Part shown: positions 13,048 through 25,598 of the stretch, in pieces | Numbering within the stretch: position 1 is the first letter of the stretch | How the letters are laid out: each line of letters begins with the position of its first letter | Assembly (NCBI RefSeq): GCF_006345805.1 | Contig: NC_043004.1 | Location: 47,678,001-47,742,000 of the forward strand | Reading direction: 5' to 3' | Source of the DNA: Octopus sinensis | Taxonomy: Eukaryota | DNA length: 64,000 bases | Translations under genes and position numbers: made by a program | Notes under the pieces: model-generated | Seen by the model: the letters and a program-made list of their open reading frames with translations, nothing else | What the model was told of the DNA's origin: nothing | The model's database searches: none

Positions 13048-13330
13048 ATCTATAATATAGATCCCGTTGTGTCCGTGTATGTGTGTAAAAGATTATAACG
13101 GCCGTATTTCAATGTGATTTTCTCCAAACTGGGAGCATACATTAATTATGTGACAGAGATGGCTTTAGACTCACAACATTCTTCACATAATGAGTAATGG
13201 GCCCCCTGGGGGCAGAAAACACCCGTTCCTGGGTTATGTCAAGCTAAAGTTATCACAATCTCATCTAATATATAAAATAGAGATGTGTGTGTATTCGCTT
13301 TTTTCGCGTATGTCTATATCTCTATAGGTA
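13048..13330 (+). mobile_element. Non-autonomous Helitron-like 5' fragments (two TC-TATATA starts)
   Basis: a|tctatataatatagat..gtgtccgtgtatgtgtgt and a|tctaatatataaaatagagatgtgtgtgt resemble the 5' ends of the Helitrons at 30 and 40 kb; no 3' CTAG hairpin seen. Confidence 0.4.
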
Positions 13331-13489
13331 GAGCCATGTGAATGCGAGACAGTTTCTGAACATGACGATGTAAAAGAAAAATAAATTCTTTTGAGACATG
13401 AAAGATATGAAAATATACTATGACATTAATCTAATATAGTAACAATATCGCTTAGAAATATTAGCACAATTCTAACAGTTTCGATGGAA

Positions 13490-13663
13490 GGGATAAGTCG
13501 ATTATAGTCACCACAGTGCTTGACTGATACTTATTTTATTGACCCTGAAAGGATGAAAGACAAAGTCGACCTCGGCGGAATTTAAATTTAGAATGTAAAG
13601 ACAAACGAAGCGCTGCTAAGCATTTTCCCCGGCATGCTAACGATTCAGCCAGCTCGCTGCCTT
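13490..13663 (-). mobile_element. SINE family A
   Basis: aaaggatgaaagacaaagtcgacctcggcggaattt...gctaagcatttt...gctaacgattcagccagctcgctgcc. Confidence 0.8.
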
Positions 13664-14050
13664 TGATACAGTTACAATATCGAATATTAATGAAATATTT
13701 CATTGCATTAAGTCTGGAGCTTAATTTATATATGTCGTATTATTTCTTGATGAATTTCCATAAGTTATGAAGTAAAATATATATCGAGTAGTAATGTTTA
13801 TTAACATCACTTCAACATGGCTGTTTCGTAGGAACTGACGTTACTACAGTTTTAACCCCAGGAGGGCGCCTCTTCCAGCTGGTTACTCGATGCAATCCGC
13901 ACTCGATATATACTGTGAGCAGGGAGCGTATCCCTATCAGTTTCCAGCGACTGTACCACGGGACCGTACAGTTTCGAGCTCTTTGTACTTGTTCTCCCTC
14001 ACACTTGCTGGCCTTGTGTCAAAATTTGAAATCAGTGTTTAAACTTCTCT

Positions 14051-14268
14051 TAAGGCAGCAATCAAGAAGAATCGTTAGCACATAGGGTGTTGCTTAGCAT
14101 CATTCATTCGTCTTCACGTTATGAGTTCAAATTCCACCGGTGTCAAGTTTCCCTTTCATCCTTTAGGGTCGAAGAAATAAGAACCAGTCAAGTACTGGAG
14201 TGAATGAGATCGACTACTCCCTCCACCAAAACTGATGGCCTTACGCCAAATTTTGGAGCCAATATTCA
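14051..14268 (+). mobile_element. Degenerate SINE family A
   Basis: agaatcgttagcac...gagttcaaattccacc...ctttcatcctttagggtcga. Confidence 0.7.
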
Positions 14269-14964
14269 AACTCCTCTCGTTCAGGCGTATAGAGAGGTTG
14301 GTGCAACATTTGTCTCTTTGTGCTTGGATAACTTTTAGTAGCTTTGAATGGTTATGTTATTTATTTGAAAGGTTGTTATTTATTTATGGTATATATGTTT
14401 TAGACAGAAGGGGTTAGGATGTGGAACAGAAAATGTAGATGCATTAGAATCGACGGAATATTGTCGTAGAGAACCTATTCAGTGCACTTGGTAAGCGAGC
14501 GGTCTTAGGAGAAATTATGAAACATATCGCATAAACATAAAATACACCTGGACAATTTAGAAATATCAAGGATAATGCAATAAATTTCAAGAGTAAGAGA
14601 CGAATAATGTATGCAGTACAAGTAGGATTCCATGAGCGGTCAACAATGAGAGCAACTGAGAGGCAGAATTGTCATAGGAACAGGCAAGGTATGTGTATTA
14701 GTGTGTGATTGTGGAGAGGGGTGTACGCTAATATCGAAATGTCAGAATGAGGCTAAACGCCTCATTGGTGGTTGAATAATTTTATTCGCGAGTTAACAAG
14801 GTAATTAATGCTGTCATGTGACGAGATTTTCACAATTGTTGGTACTCATCTTCTTTTTGAATGAGAATATACGAGTTACTCAAGACTGAGTATGTATATA
14901 TATGTGTGTGTGTATGTGTACATATATGTGTATGTGTGTTTGTACGTTTGTGTGTGTGTAATAT

Positions 14965-15740
14965 GTAAGTAGGTATGCAGGCAAGTAGGCAGGCAGGTAT
15001 GTAGGTAGGCAGGTAGGTAGGTAGGTAGGTAGATAGGTAGGCAGGTCGGTAGGTAGGTAGGTAGGTAGATAGGTAGGTAGGTTGGTAGGTAGGTAGGTTG
15101 GTAGGTTGGTACGCAGACAGGTAGGAAGGAAGGCAGGCAGGTACGTATGTATGTAGGTAGGTAGGTAGGTAGGTAGGTAGGCAGGCAGGCAGGTACGTAT
15201 GTAGGTAGGTAGGCAGGTAGGTAGGTAGGTAGGTAGGTAGGTAGGTAGGTAGGTAAGTAGGTAGGTTGGTAGGTTGGTAGATAGACAGGTAGGTAGGTAG
15301 GTAGGTAGGTAGGTAGGTAGGTAGGTAGGTAAGTAGGTAGGTTGGTAGGTTGGTAGATAGACAGGTAGGTAGGTAGGTAGGTAGGTAGGTAGGTAGGTAG
15401 GTAGGTAAGTAGGTAGGTTGGTAGGTTGGTAGATAGACAGGTAGGTAGGTAGGTAGGTAGGTAGGTAGGTAGGTAGGTAGGTAAGTAGGTAGGTTGGTAG
15501 GTTGGTAGATAGACAGGTAGGTAGGTAGGTAGGTAGGTAGGTAGGTAGGTAGGAATATAGGCATGTAGATAGGCGGGTAGGTAGGTAGGTAAGGATACAG
15601 GCAAAGGCATTCCTACTTACCTACCTACCAACCTACGTACCTACCTGCCTGCCAACCTAACAACGTGCCTACATACATACATACCTACATACATACCTAC
15701 CTGCCTGTCTACCAGCCTACCTGCTTGCGTACCTACTTAG
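14965..15740. repeat. (TAGG)n satellite with 76-bp higher-order repeats, followed by an oppositely oriented (CCTA)n tract
   Basis: Variant AAG recurs at 15255, 15331, 15407 and 15483 (period 76); strand polarity flips near 15605. Confidence 0.9.
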
Positions 15741-16132
15741 CTGCTCACTTACATACATCAGAAGATTTCCTTCCGACCGCATATTTCTTGTGTCAACCTC
15801 ACCCAGATGCATGCAGCCTTGAGCAAGCATTTTATTCCTTGGTGACCAAAGCTTTTTCTTTTTCAGTTTCGTTGACGAAAACCGAACAAAAGCCAGTTGT
15901 ATATACTTGACATTTTGCAACTATCGCTTGCCAACTGGTGTTGATTTGTTTATGATCCCATGATTTAGTGGTTCTCCAAAAGAGACAGAGTGAATGAGTA
16001 CTATGTTTCTAAAAAAAGAGGTATTAGGTTGATTCGCTTCGCTAAAACATTTCAGGAGGTGCCACAGCATGGGCGCCGTTCAATGACGGTAACAGGTAAA
16101 AAACAAGAGATATAAACATACAGATAATACAG

Positions 16133-16198
<66 letters not shown>

Positions 16199-16290
16199 TA
16201 ATCCAAACAAAAAAGCACAAAAAACACAACGCGAGAACGTGGAACAAATATAGTATTATTGGACGCTTAGGCAAGAAGGAAAGAAGGAGG

Positions 16291-16326
16291 GTTTAACGTT
16301 TTCCAGCGGAGCTCTTCGTCGGAAAC
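16291..16326 (-). ncRNA. Degenerate minimal type I hammerhead ribozyme motif in a (TA)n-anchored repeat (~16193-16390)
   Basis: Minus strand GTTT-CCGACGA-A-GAGC-TCC-GCTG-GAAA-ACGT-T-AAAC: stem I GTTT/AAAC, U4C core, palindromic ACGT helix III. One stem II mismatch and one extra A. Confidence 0.55.
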
Positions 16327-17759
16327 ATAGGAGAAGGAAAGATCCAGAGAAGGGAAGACAGAGGAAAGAAAATTGCCAACGGTACATAGAGAGAGAGTGA
16401 GTGGGTGTGTGAGTGTGTGTGTTGTGTGTGTGTGATAAATAGATAGGTAGACAGACAAACCGACAGACAGATGAACAGACGGACGGAAGGACGGACGGAC
16501 GGACAGATAGATAGACCAATACATACATTCACACATATATTCCGAATAAGTGTTCGTGATGCGTAGTTGTGTAGGTGGGTGAGTAAACTTATGTATATAT
16601 AATTATGTGTGTGTTTGTGTGTATACGTATATACGTAGATACGAAATGGAAGGAAACCAAGAAGGCGGAAAGAATTTAATCTAAAAATCTAATTAGAGGA
16701 GAAGGCTACCAAGAGTGAAAGATGCAGTATGAATGTTATTCCCTTATCACGTCAGTTTAGATGAAGGTTATTTATTTTCTTACATTTTATCAATGACATT
16801 TGGCTAAGGGTTAAGGTTTTGTAAATTAATTTTACAGGCCGTAATATTGTAGTTGTAATATTACGATGTAAGTGTGTATATGTAAGTAAACAACGATTAT
16901 GTATTGAGGTATATTTTCTTATTTCATCGTATCTAATGTTCCTTCTATCAGAGTTTTGACTGTAACATTCCCCTGAGTAATTGACCGTATTTCATCATAC
17001 GGCAGATAAGAAAATGCGATAAAGTATCATACCTGGTGGATGGCTATATCGCCTACGTTAAGATTTTCCCAGTTATTATGCACGAACCAATGAAAATGCC
17101 AGTACCACTTTTACTTGTGTACTCGCGATGTAGAATGAAGCTATGGTCATGGGATTTAAAAAGTTTGTTGTGCAATCATGCGATGTAATTATCGTACTGT
17201 ACGCCTTACCTTAGGTATATTCTTTCCATGGTCTCGAGTCAACAAAAGAAACTAGGCAGAAGTAAAGTTCTGCAGAAGATATTCGAATGAAACGTACATG
17301 TAATTCAAAATGTCCTGTCGATTATATAAGCGTGCATTGAATACTCTGCTACTTAATCGTTGATATAACGGAAAGTCGAAAGGAATCTTCAGATGATAGA
17401 AGAACAGGAATAGAGATTGACGAAAATACGAAGAAAGTAATTACTTTTCATTCATACCTTGCGTAGACGATGCATATACGGTGAGGTGGTGGAGCATGCG
17501 CATAGTTGGTACTGATATGGCTTGCATAGCATAAAATTAAAATCCCACCGAACTTGCAGTCGTTCATCTTTCTGAAATCAATTCAATGACTGATGGCGAA
17601 GTGGTGAAGAACATCTAATTGACGATATTTGTATTTTTTTAACCTTGAAAGCGTCTTTGTATATGACAATTCGGTTTCAAAGAATGTCTTAGAAACCAAT
17701 TAATTGGAAACCAGAAGGCAATTATGAGAGCAATGATTACTATTATGAAATCACAGCGA

Positions 17760-18020
17760 ATGACAGGACAGATAACCAGGCAGGCTTCAGTGTCTAACTG
17801 GACGACCTGTCACGACTCTTGGCCGCAGAAATACAGGAAGCGATGAAGAATTGTACGAGAGGTAGATCGCCGGGTTTGAATGGTCCGCCCTACGAGCTTT
17901 ATACTTCGATGGCAGACATGTTTGCGGGCCTCTTAGCAAATGTCTACAGAAACTGGCAACAAAATGGAAGAATTCCTACATTTGTCTGTCGATGAGTAGT
18001 GGTACTGCTGAGAAAGGACC

Positions 18021-18024
<4 letters not shown>
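17760..18024 (+). pseudogene. L1/Tx1 LINE RT fragment, same family as 44.8-47.9 kb
   Basis: EIQEAMKNCTRGRSPGLNGPPYELYTSMADMFAGLLANVYRNWQQNGRIPTFVCR*VVVLLRKDP matches ORF 45818-46447 (MPDLFAGLLADVYCNWQQNERIPTFVCRGAVALLRKDP). Confidence 0.85.
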
Positions 18025-18076
<52 letters not shown>

Positions 18077-18145
18077 GCCACAAAATGCAATTAATGTATT
18101 ACAAACATCTACATTGCAAGAAATAAGAGTTGAAATGTTCTAACG

Positions 18146-18620
18146 CTGTAGTAAACGCACATAATTGTATACATATATACGGACAGGGACTTTAATCGTC
18201 CGAATCTGCTGTTTCACAGTCCCTCATACTAAATTCAGTTTCGGCTATTTCCGTGGCATCATCAGGATGGAATGGCTCTACTCCGGCAGATATTGGACTT
18301 ACTTCTCTGTATATATGTTTTCAGCATAGCAATCTATGGATGATTTAGCGAATCGCTGTCCATATATAAAATTAATATATTTAGCATTTTGCGATGTTTT
18401 TGCTAAAAGGAAAATCATGATTGTCACTAAATGCGGCTAGAGTGTAAGAAACACTTACGTTGCTAGAAATAAGGTCTAAAATAAGGTGTAGTCAACGCAC
18501 ACAATTTTATACATATATACAGGTATTCAGTTTCGGCAATTACCATTGCCACATCAGTGTCGACAGGCTCTACTTCGGCAGATTTCGGACTTACTCGTCT
18601 GTCTGTAAGTATGTTTTCAT
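18146..18620 (-). repeat. Two diverged tandem copies (18146-18325, 18487-18620) of a pseudo-LTR-like unit, each with a decayed hammerhead motif
   Basis: Minus strand copy 1: CTGATGA-tgccacggaaatagcc-GAAA-CTGAATTTAG-TA. Copy 2: CTGATGT-GGCAAT-ggta-ATTGCC-GAAAC. Confidence 0.6.
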
Positions 18621-18829
18621 TTGGTAACATATTGCAAACTGCTATTTATATTAATTTTGTGTGAGTGTGTGTTAAACGAAGTAAAATTATAGTGCCCATT
18701 CTACTTTCATGGAAAATGCATTCATAGGAGCGAAATCCAATTTAGAACGTTCTATCAGGTATACATATTAGATACATAATTCAGTATCTAAATTGACAAA
18801 AAAAGTTTATCAATAATAAATACTTTACT

Positions 18830-18916
18830 GTGAGTGTATGTGTTTATATGTGTGTGCTTTTCCGTGTGTGTGCACCTGTATGTATGTGTCTGTTTGTGTG
18901 TGTATCTATCTATCTA

Positions 18917-18996
<80 letters not shown>

Positions 18997-19213
18997 GTGT
19001 GTGTATGTGTGTGAGTTTGTGTGTGTGTATGTGTATAAATATATGCCCTCTCGAGCTCACATACACATATACACACATATAAATACCATCTCACGTTAAC
19101 ACATACAAACACACACACACAAGTATAGGCACATATGTACATATATATATATATAAAAATATATATATATATATACATGTATATATACATGCATGTATAT
19201 GCATATGTACATG

Positions 19214-19244
<31 letters not shown>

Positions 19245-19290
19245 GCATATTATATATATATTATATATATATATATTATATATGCATATA

Positions 19291-19336
<46 letters not shown>

Positions 19337-19468
19337 CAATAAATGTTTATATCACCTATATTTGAGGTGAGAAATATTAAGTTATATTGGTCGGTAATAG
19401 AGAGAAATTAATTACCGCTTCCTTTGAACAATGATGAATGTATGCAATCATATAAATGTGTGTGTGTG

Positions 19469-19527
<59 letters not shown>

Positions 19528-19530
19528 CGC
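18830..19530. repeat. (TA)n/(GT)n/(CA)n microsatellite field
   Basis: Read directly. Confidence 0.9.
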
Positions 19531-19952
19531 ACTGTAGGGATTATATTTTGTTTTCCTCAATCTTGCAACGTATCGTAAGAAAACCATAAATACTACAAAC
19601 ATTTGTTTGCAAAATATGCTAGTGATTGGCATGGCGATTGGTAGGAAGGTTGATATTGATTTTCTTAACTTGGAAACAATATTTCAATCAAATGTTTTTC
19701 TTGTACCACTATTGGTTGTTTAGTCTTTATCGAATAGGCATATAATCAAAAGTTCTCTATGTGGACGTTCATCCCCTTTGTTTTTATATCAAGGACTTTG
19801 TCTGCGAATTCTCTTCGCAGTTTCTTGGCTGTCAGTAAACGATGATCTGTTGGTTTGCTTTGATTTTCAGTTTGTTTTTACTGTCAGAGTAAGTTGCGTG
19901 ATATTGCGACAACAATTATGCACGTCTTGTACAAGAGTCACACACACATATA

Positions 19953-19993
<41 letters not shown>

Positions 19994-19997
<4 letters not shown>

Positions 19998-20470
19998 TTA
20001 TTAATAAGTTTAATATCGATATTTATATATCGATAATATCAAGTGGCCAGCATGGGAATAAATACCAAACAGAGGTAATAATTTTTTACAACTATAAATA
20101 AGGGTATCTGAGAGACACCACCATGCCGAAATAGCAGTCAAACCCCTGACTCTAAAAACCACCTTAAATGTTCACATCGCATATATATGTATGTATGTGT
20201 GGACGTTCGTATATGTAAGTATAACGTGTGTCCTGTATATATATATTTGTATTTATGTGCCCATCTGGTATATTCAACTGATGAAGGCAGAGCTTATTCG
20301 AAGCAAAGCTAAAAATCCAGGATCTTGACTTATTCAGTAATATCTTTTTGCCAGTTAATTTTGTCTCTCTATCTTATCTCATGGTTCGATGTGAACATTT
20401 AAGGTGGTTTTGAGAGTCAGGGATTTGACTGCTATTTCGGCATGGTGGTGTCCCTCAGATACCCTTATGC
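19994..20470 (+). mobile_element. Miniature Penelope-like insertion (pseudo-LTR remnant plus inverted tail copy) inside (TA)n
   Basis: 82-bp inverted repeat 20098-20179 / 20387-20468 (3 mismatches); relic CTGATGA + long stem at 20278-20352; (TA)n on both sides. Confidence 0.55.
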
Positions 20471-21124
20471 ATATATATATATATATATATATATATGTAT
20501 ACATGCACATATATATACACATAAATACATACATACATACATATATATACTCATATATATATATATAATTCATGTGTTTTACTACTTTCACCAACTACTT
20601 TCACCAACTACGTTGTTCATTGTAAGTTCTTTCTCGGGCACATATGAATGTGATGTGTTGTAAATAAAGATCCTCCTTTTTACTGATTTTTCGTGTATAT
20701 TATTATTATTATTGGCGGATAATAGCTTGTTGTACGGTATTTCTGTTTCTTTTCATGAGAATTTTCATTACGTGTTCATCTGTTGCGTACCTGGTGACCA
20801 GTTTATTCACAATACTACATTTTATACGTAACTCGTGTATTTTTAGTTGGGACACTGTGTGATCTATCTGTTGCATTACATTACTGTCTATATTAATTAG
20901 TTGCTTGCTCTACAAGACTGAATATCCCCGATTAATTAGGGCCTTTTTTTTATTATTATTGTATGGAGTTCTTTGTAGAGTCTTTCATAAGTGCAAATGA
21001 ATCTAAAGGCTATCTTCAGCAGTGATTTTTATCAACGGCGTATTGTAGTTTAAAGCTTGTACGTAAACACACATGCGCGTGTGTGCTTGTATGAATACAT
21101 ATGTACGCATGAGTGTGTGTGCGT

Positions 21125-21174
<50 letters not shown>

Positions 21175-21313
21175 TTGTGGTTGTAATAACTGGTCAGTCG
21201 TTTACAACTCACAATAAACTTAACTGAAAACAAGGTAATGCATATTACAAATTCTTTGATAATAATAAACATTAATGATTCAAAAGCGAAAAACTCAAAT
21301 AGTTCTAATTGTT

Positions 21314-21374
<61 letters not shown>

Positions 21375-21491
21375 TGTGTGTGTCTGCACGCACGTATGAA
21401 ACGAGAACGTGTTTATGCGTGCTTTGTGTGTGTGTGTGAAAGGGAGATTGAGTGAGTGTTTTGTGTGTTTGTGTGTATGTATGTGTGTTCT

Positions 21492-21522
<31 letters not shown>

Positions 21523-22159
21523 GTGTGTGTGTGTGTTAAAGAAAAATGCAATGTGCATATAAATTTACTCTACAAAACAATAATTCGGTGAGCAGTGTTA
21601 CGAAACTGAAATAAAATTAAACCTTACACTTAGTCACTTACCTCATATTAAGAGAGGACTAGCTCACATTTTAGGTCATTACAATATAATAATTTGCAGC
21701 GGATATGGATTTAACCCAATATATAACTTTTATCTCCGCTGATGAAACGTGGAATTGAACCTGTTTTCATTAGAAATCAAAGCAGAAAAATCTAGATTTT
21801 ATAAATCATTTATATCTGGGCAACGTTCAGGCAACCTTTATCTTTTTCAGGATCACTTTCCTGTAAGCGTGTGCTTTATACTATAAGCGTAAAAACCCGC
21901 CACCCATAATCTAGCGAGAAATATATCTGATAGCAGATAATATAGTGGCGAATAGGTTTTACGTAAACAGCTTATTACCCTTAACGAGCTCACGGAGTTG
22001 CAGTTCAAACAACGATCGGAACAAAGCCACGGTAGGAATGCTACTACTTTGATCCCACGGTGAATAGGCAATACAATATCTGTTTTGACATTTATATTAA
22101 TTCACACCAATACTGGAAACCAATAATAGAACGAGAGTAGGGTATATTATCCTTTTTCG

Positions 22160-22193
<34 letters not shown>

Positions 22194-22201
22194 CACGAAG
22201 C

Positions 22202-22252
22202 TTTGTCAGTGAACAAGTCGCGGTCTCAAAGCGACGAAAATATTTTGACAAA
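22202..22252 (+). ncRNA. Minimal type I hammerhead ribozyme with G3-C8 swapped core, in a ~200 bp repeat (22191-22392) inserted in (TA)n
   Basis: TTTGTCA-GTGAACA-A-GTCGC-ggtctcaaa-GCGAC-GAA-AATATT-T-TGACAAA: 7-bp stem I, 5-bp stem II, palindromic helix III. Confidence 0.65.
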
Positions 22253-22389
22253 TTAAATTTAAATGTTGAAGTGAATCTAACGGTTTTGTGTGTTTCTTAA
22301 ATGGCTTATAAACACCTTCCACACTGCAATTGTTTTCTTTCCAGCACACGATCTCAGATCAAGTCACTCGCTTTGCAAGTACATCTCCG

Positions 22390-22514
<125 letters not shown>

Positions 22515-25140
22515 TATATATCTTTTTTACGCACAGGTTCACATGTGTATTAATGGTTCCTTCTAATACATATATTTAATGTAAAGACTTGACTATGAAA
22601 GCTAAAGAATATAATGGCTTGATACGAACCTACTATAAGCTGCAAATTTTTTAAACCGGTGGTCAAGCTTCTCTACCAACAAAACCTACTCAGGTCCAAC
22701 ATGAAATTTATAGTTTATATACACATCAGAGCTCAGTTGTGGGGAATATATAATGTAGGTTAAATATAGCTAATCTCCAGTAAATGTAGCTAGTTCTCCA
22801 GCACTCAAATGATTCTTATTTTATATACCCAATATTTATAAAAAGAAATATGGATTTCGGTGAGATTTGAACTTAGGAAAGAAATGTATGCACGAATTTT
22901 ATGCCTCATTCTACCAACCAATAGGTCGATCATGTAATAAATTGCAGAATACGCCTGACCTGCAGCTTAAGTAAATGACTATAGTTGTTTAGATTAACCT
23001 TAGTAGTTGACAATGTCCGATGGCAGACTAAGTCAATTCTGACAAAATCTGAACTGAAAATGTAAAACAGGATGGATTTTATTCATCATTCTGCTATTAC
23101 TGACACTAATTGCCCTCATTGATTTCATTTGTTGATATAGAACACAAATAATTTATATGAGTAACATAGATGGTACCTACAACTGTTTCAAATGCCGCAG
23201 TGCATGAAACGAATCATCAAGTGGGAACCAAGATGTTTTGGGGAATTTACTATATTGTGTTTACATTTTCCCCAACAGCCCTCTTACGGCATTGCCAAGG
23301 GGATTTTTTCTTGCCGCAATTTGAATACTCGAAAATCTCCGCACACAGCAATACAATAGAATGTGGATAACAGAGGATGAAAAGGTAAACTGAAAAGAAT
23401 AAATCGATTATTTCTCCAACGATGGTTTTTCAAGCCTATTAAACAATAACGAAACAAAATCCACCTGACCAAAATTGAACATGTAGATAGGTAATACATA
23501 CGTCATTTACGAAACAAGGCAATGCATTAAAAGAACTTCAAATTTCGTCGAACAGGAGAAATAACATTAACTAGAGAAGATTACCTGTTTGAAATACAAG
23601 CAAATCGTAAGGCATCTGTGTAATTTGACCAAAGAGTAATAGCTGCCAAATTCATCTCCGATACTTTTTCTGTTAACAAATTGAAAGGTATGTGTTGCGA
23701 TGTAGTTTCAGCTATACTGTTTCACTAAACGACAAAAGGAAAAAGGTCACTACTCGAGCTATTCAATCACGATTTTCTTCAATCAGGTCTTGTCTAGTAT
23801 TGTCAACATTATAGAATATAATATAAGGAAATGCTTTAAAACGCGAATTCTGTATAAAAAATGTTATAAAAATTCTATTTGAAACAATCATAGGATATAA
23901 TGAAAGTTTTGAAATACAAATCATCCCTTCTGATAGGAAATAATTCTGCTAATGATAATCTTTATGATCTAATTTTTTGTATATATATGTGTTATTTTTA
24001 TACCTTCTTCTACACTTTAAGATTTTTCATGATGATGGACTATTGTTTTTCATATAATTATATTTTTCCAAGATTTTTTTAATAAGTTTATCTGTTATAG
24101 AATTATCTTTTTCTTTTTGTCCCTAATTTTAGGTTTTCGGTGAAAATAGGTACCCTTTCTCGGATCAAATCTGTATTAATTATATATATTCATTGTTGAA
24201 TAGTTGTATCATGACCACCTTAACAGTTTGCAATGATGAGGCATTATAAGTTTTATTTTTAGTTTATATTAAGTACTCCACTTTTTTAGGGATTAGATTG
24301 GTTTATCTATCCCTCTTCTTAATGGCCCTGAAATCCCTTTCTAAATTTTATAATATATAAATTTTGCTAAGTTTGGGTATATTATTTTCCCCCTGTACCC
24401 TTAATGCCCACTTAGATCTCATTGTGGCATGCTTTGTTTTCTAGTTTAGGCCCCTTTTAACTGATAATAATAAAATAGTTTAAACTACCTCTACCATTCC
24501 TCTTTCTGGTTATATACCATTATCTTGCTGGCATCTTCTGAGGCATGTTCCTTTATGTAGTCATGGCAAATTTATAGTCTCAGTAAATTAGGAGTAGGGA
24601 AGAATATCTGACAGTAATTAATATGTCACCAGCAGCAAGAGTTTAACTGTCAAATCCTTGTGGTGTTAATTGTAAATGGATGCAGAATAGTATTGCATTG
24701 GATCTTTTTATTTTGTTAAGGAGAAACATGAATGTAGATATATTACCATTTCTTTACCCCCATTGTTATTCTCTTCTGCTATTCCAAATTATAGTAGGCT
24801 TGGGATATATTCTCCCTAAGTTCATTCTGCTACAGTAATAGCAATAAGAATGTAATTCCTTTATTCTCTAGTTCTGAAGAAAATTTTGTTAAAAAATAAT
24901 AATGGGGTAGCCTGTATGTTGAAGACCTATATGGTCTTATGCTTCCAGGGAAGGAGGTGTATTTAAAATTGATGTAATGCTTGCATTGATCGATTAAATG
25001 GAGCCGCCTGAAACGGCCGTAATGCACTGGTGCCTGGACATCCTTGTTACTTATTGGCCTTTTATACACTTAACTTCGTGCTGTGCAGACAGTAACGCAC
25101 TGACATGGTGCCTCAAACTAAGTACCTAATTCAGCTGAAT

Positions 25141-25598
<458 letters not shown>

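Noticed and set aside
14965-15740. Head-to-head G-rich repeat as a telomere-fusion scar
   Set aside because: The unit is TAGG, not the TTAGGG expected for molluscan telomeres.
20101-20147. ctgagaga...gaaa-tagca-gtc hammerhead look-alike in the inverted repeat
   Set aside because: Core has wrong spacing in both copies, stems are mismatched, and it is antisense to the inferred element.
20972-21024. Minus-strand CTGAAGA...GAAA-GACTC-TA
   Set aside because: No stem II pairing and only 2 bp of stem I.
21738-21785. CTGATGA...GAAA on the + strand
   Set aside because: The core is itself sequestered in a hairpin (ctgatgaaac/gttttcattag); no helix III or NUH site.
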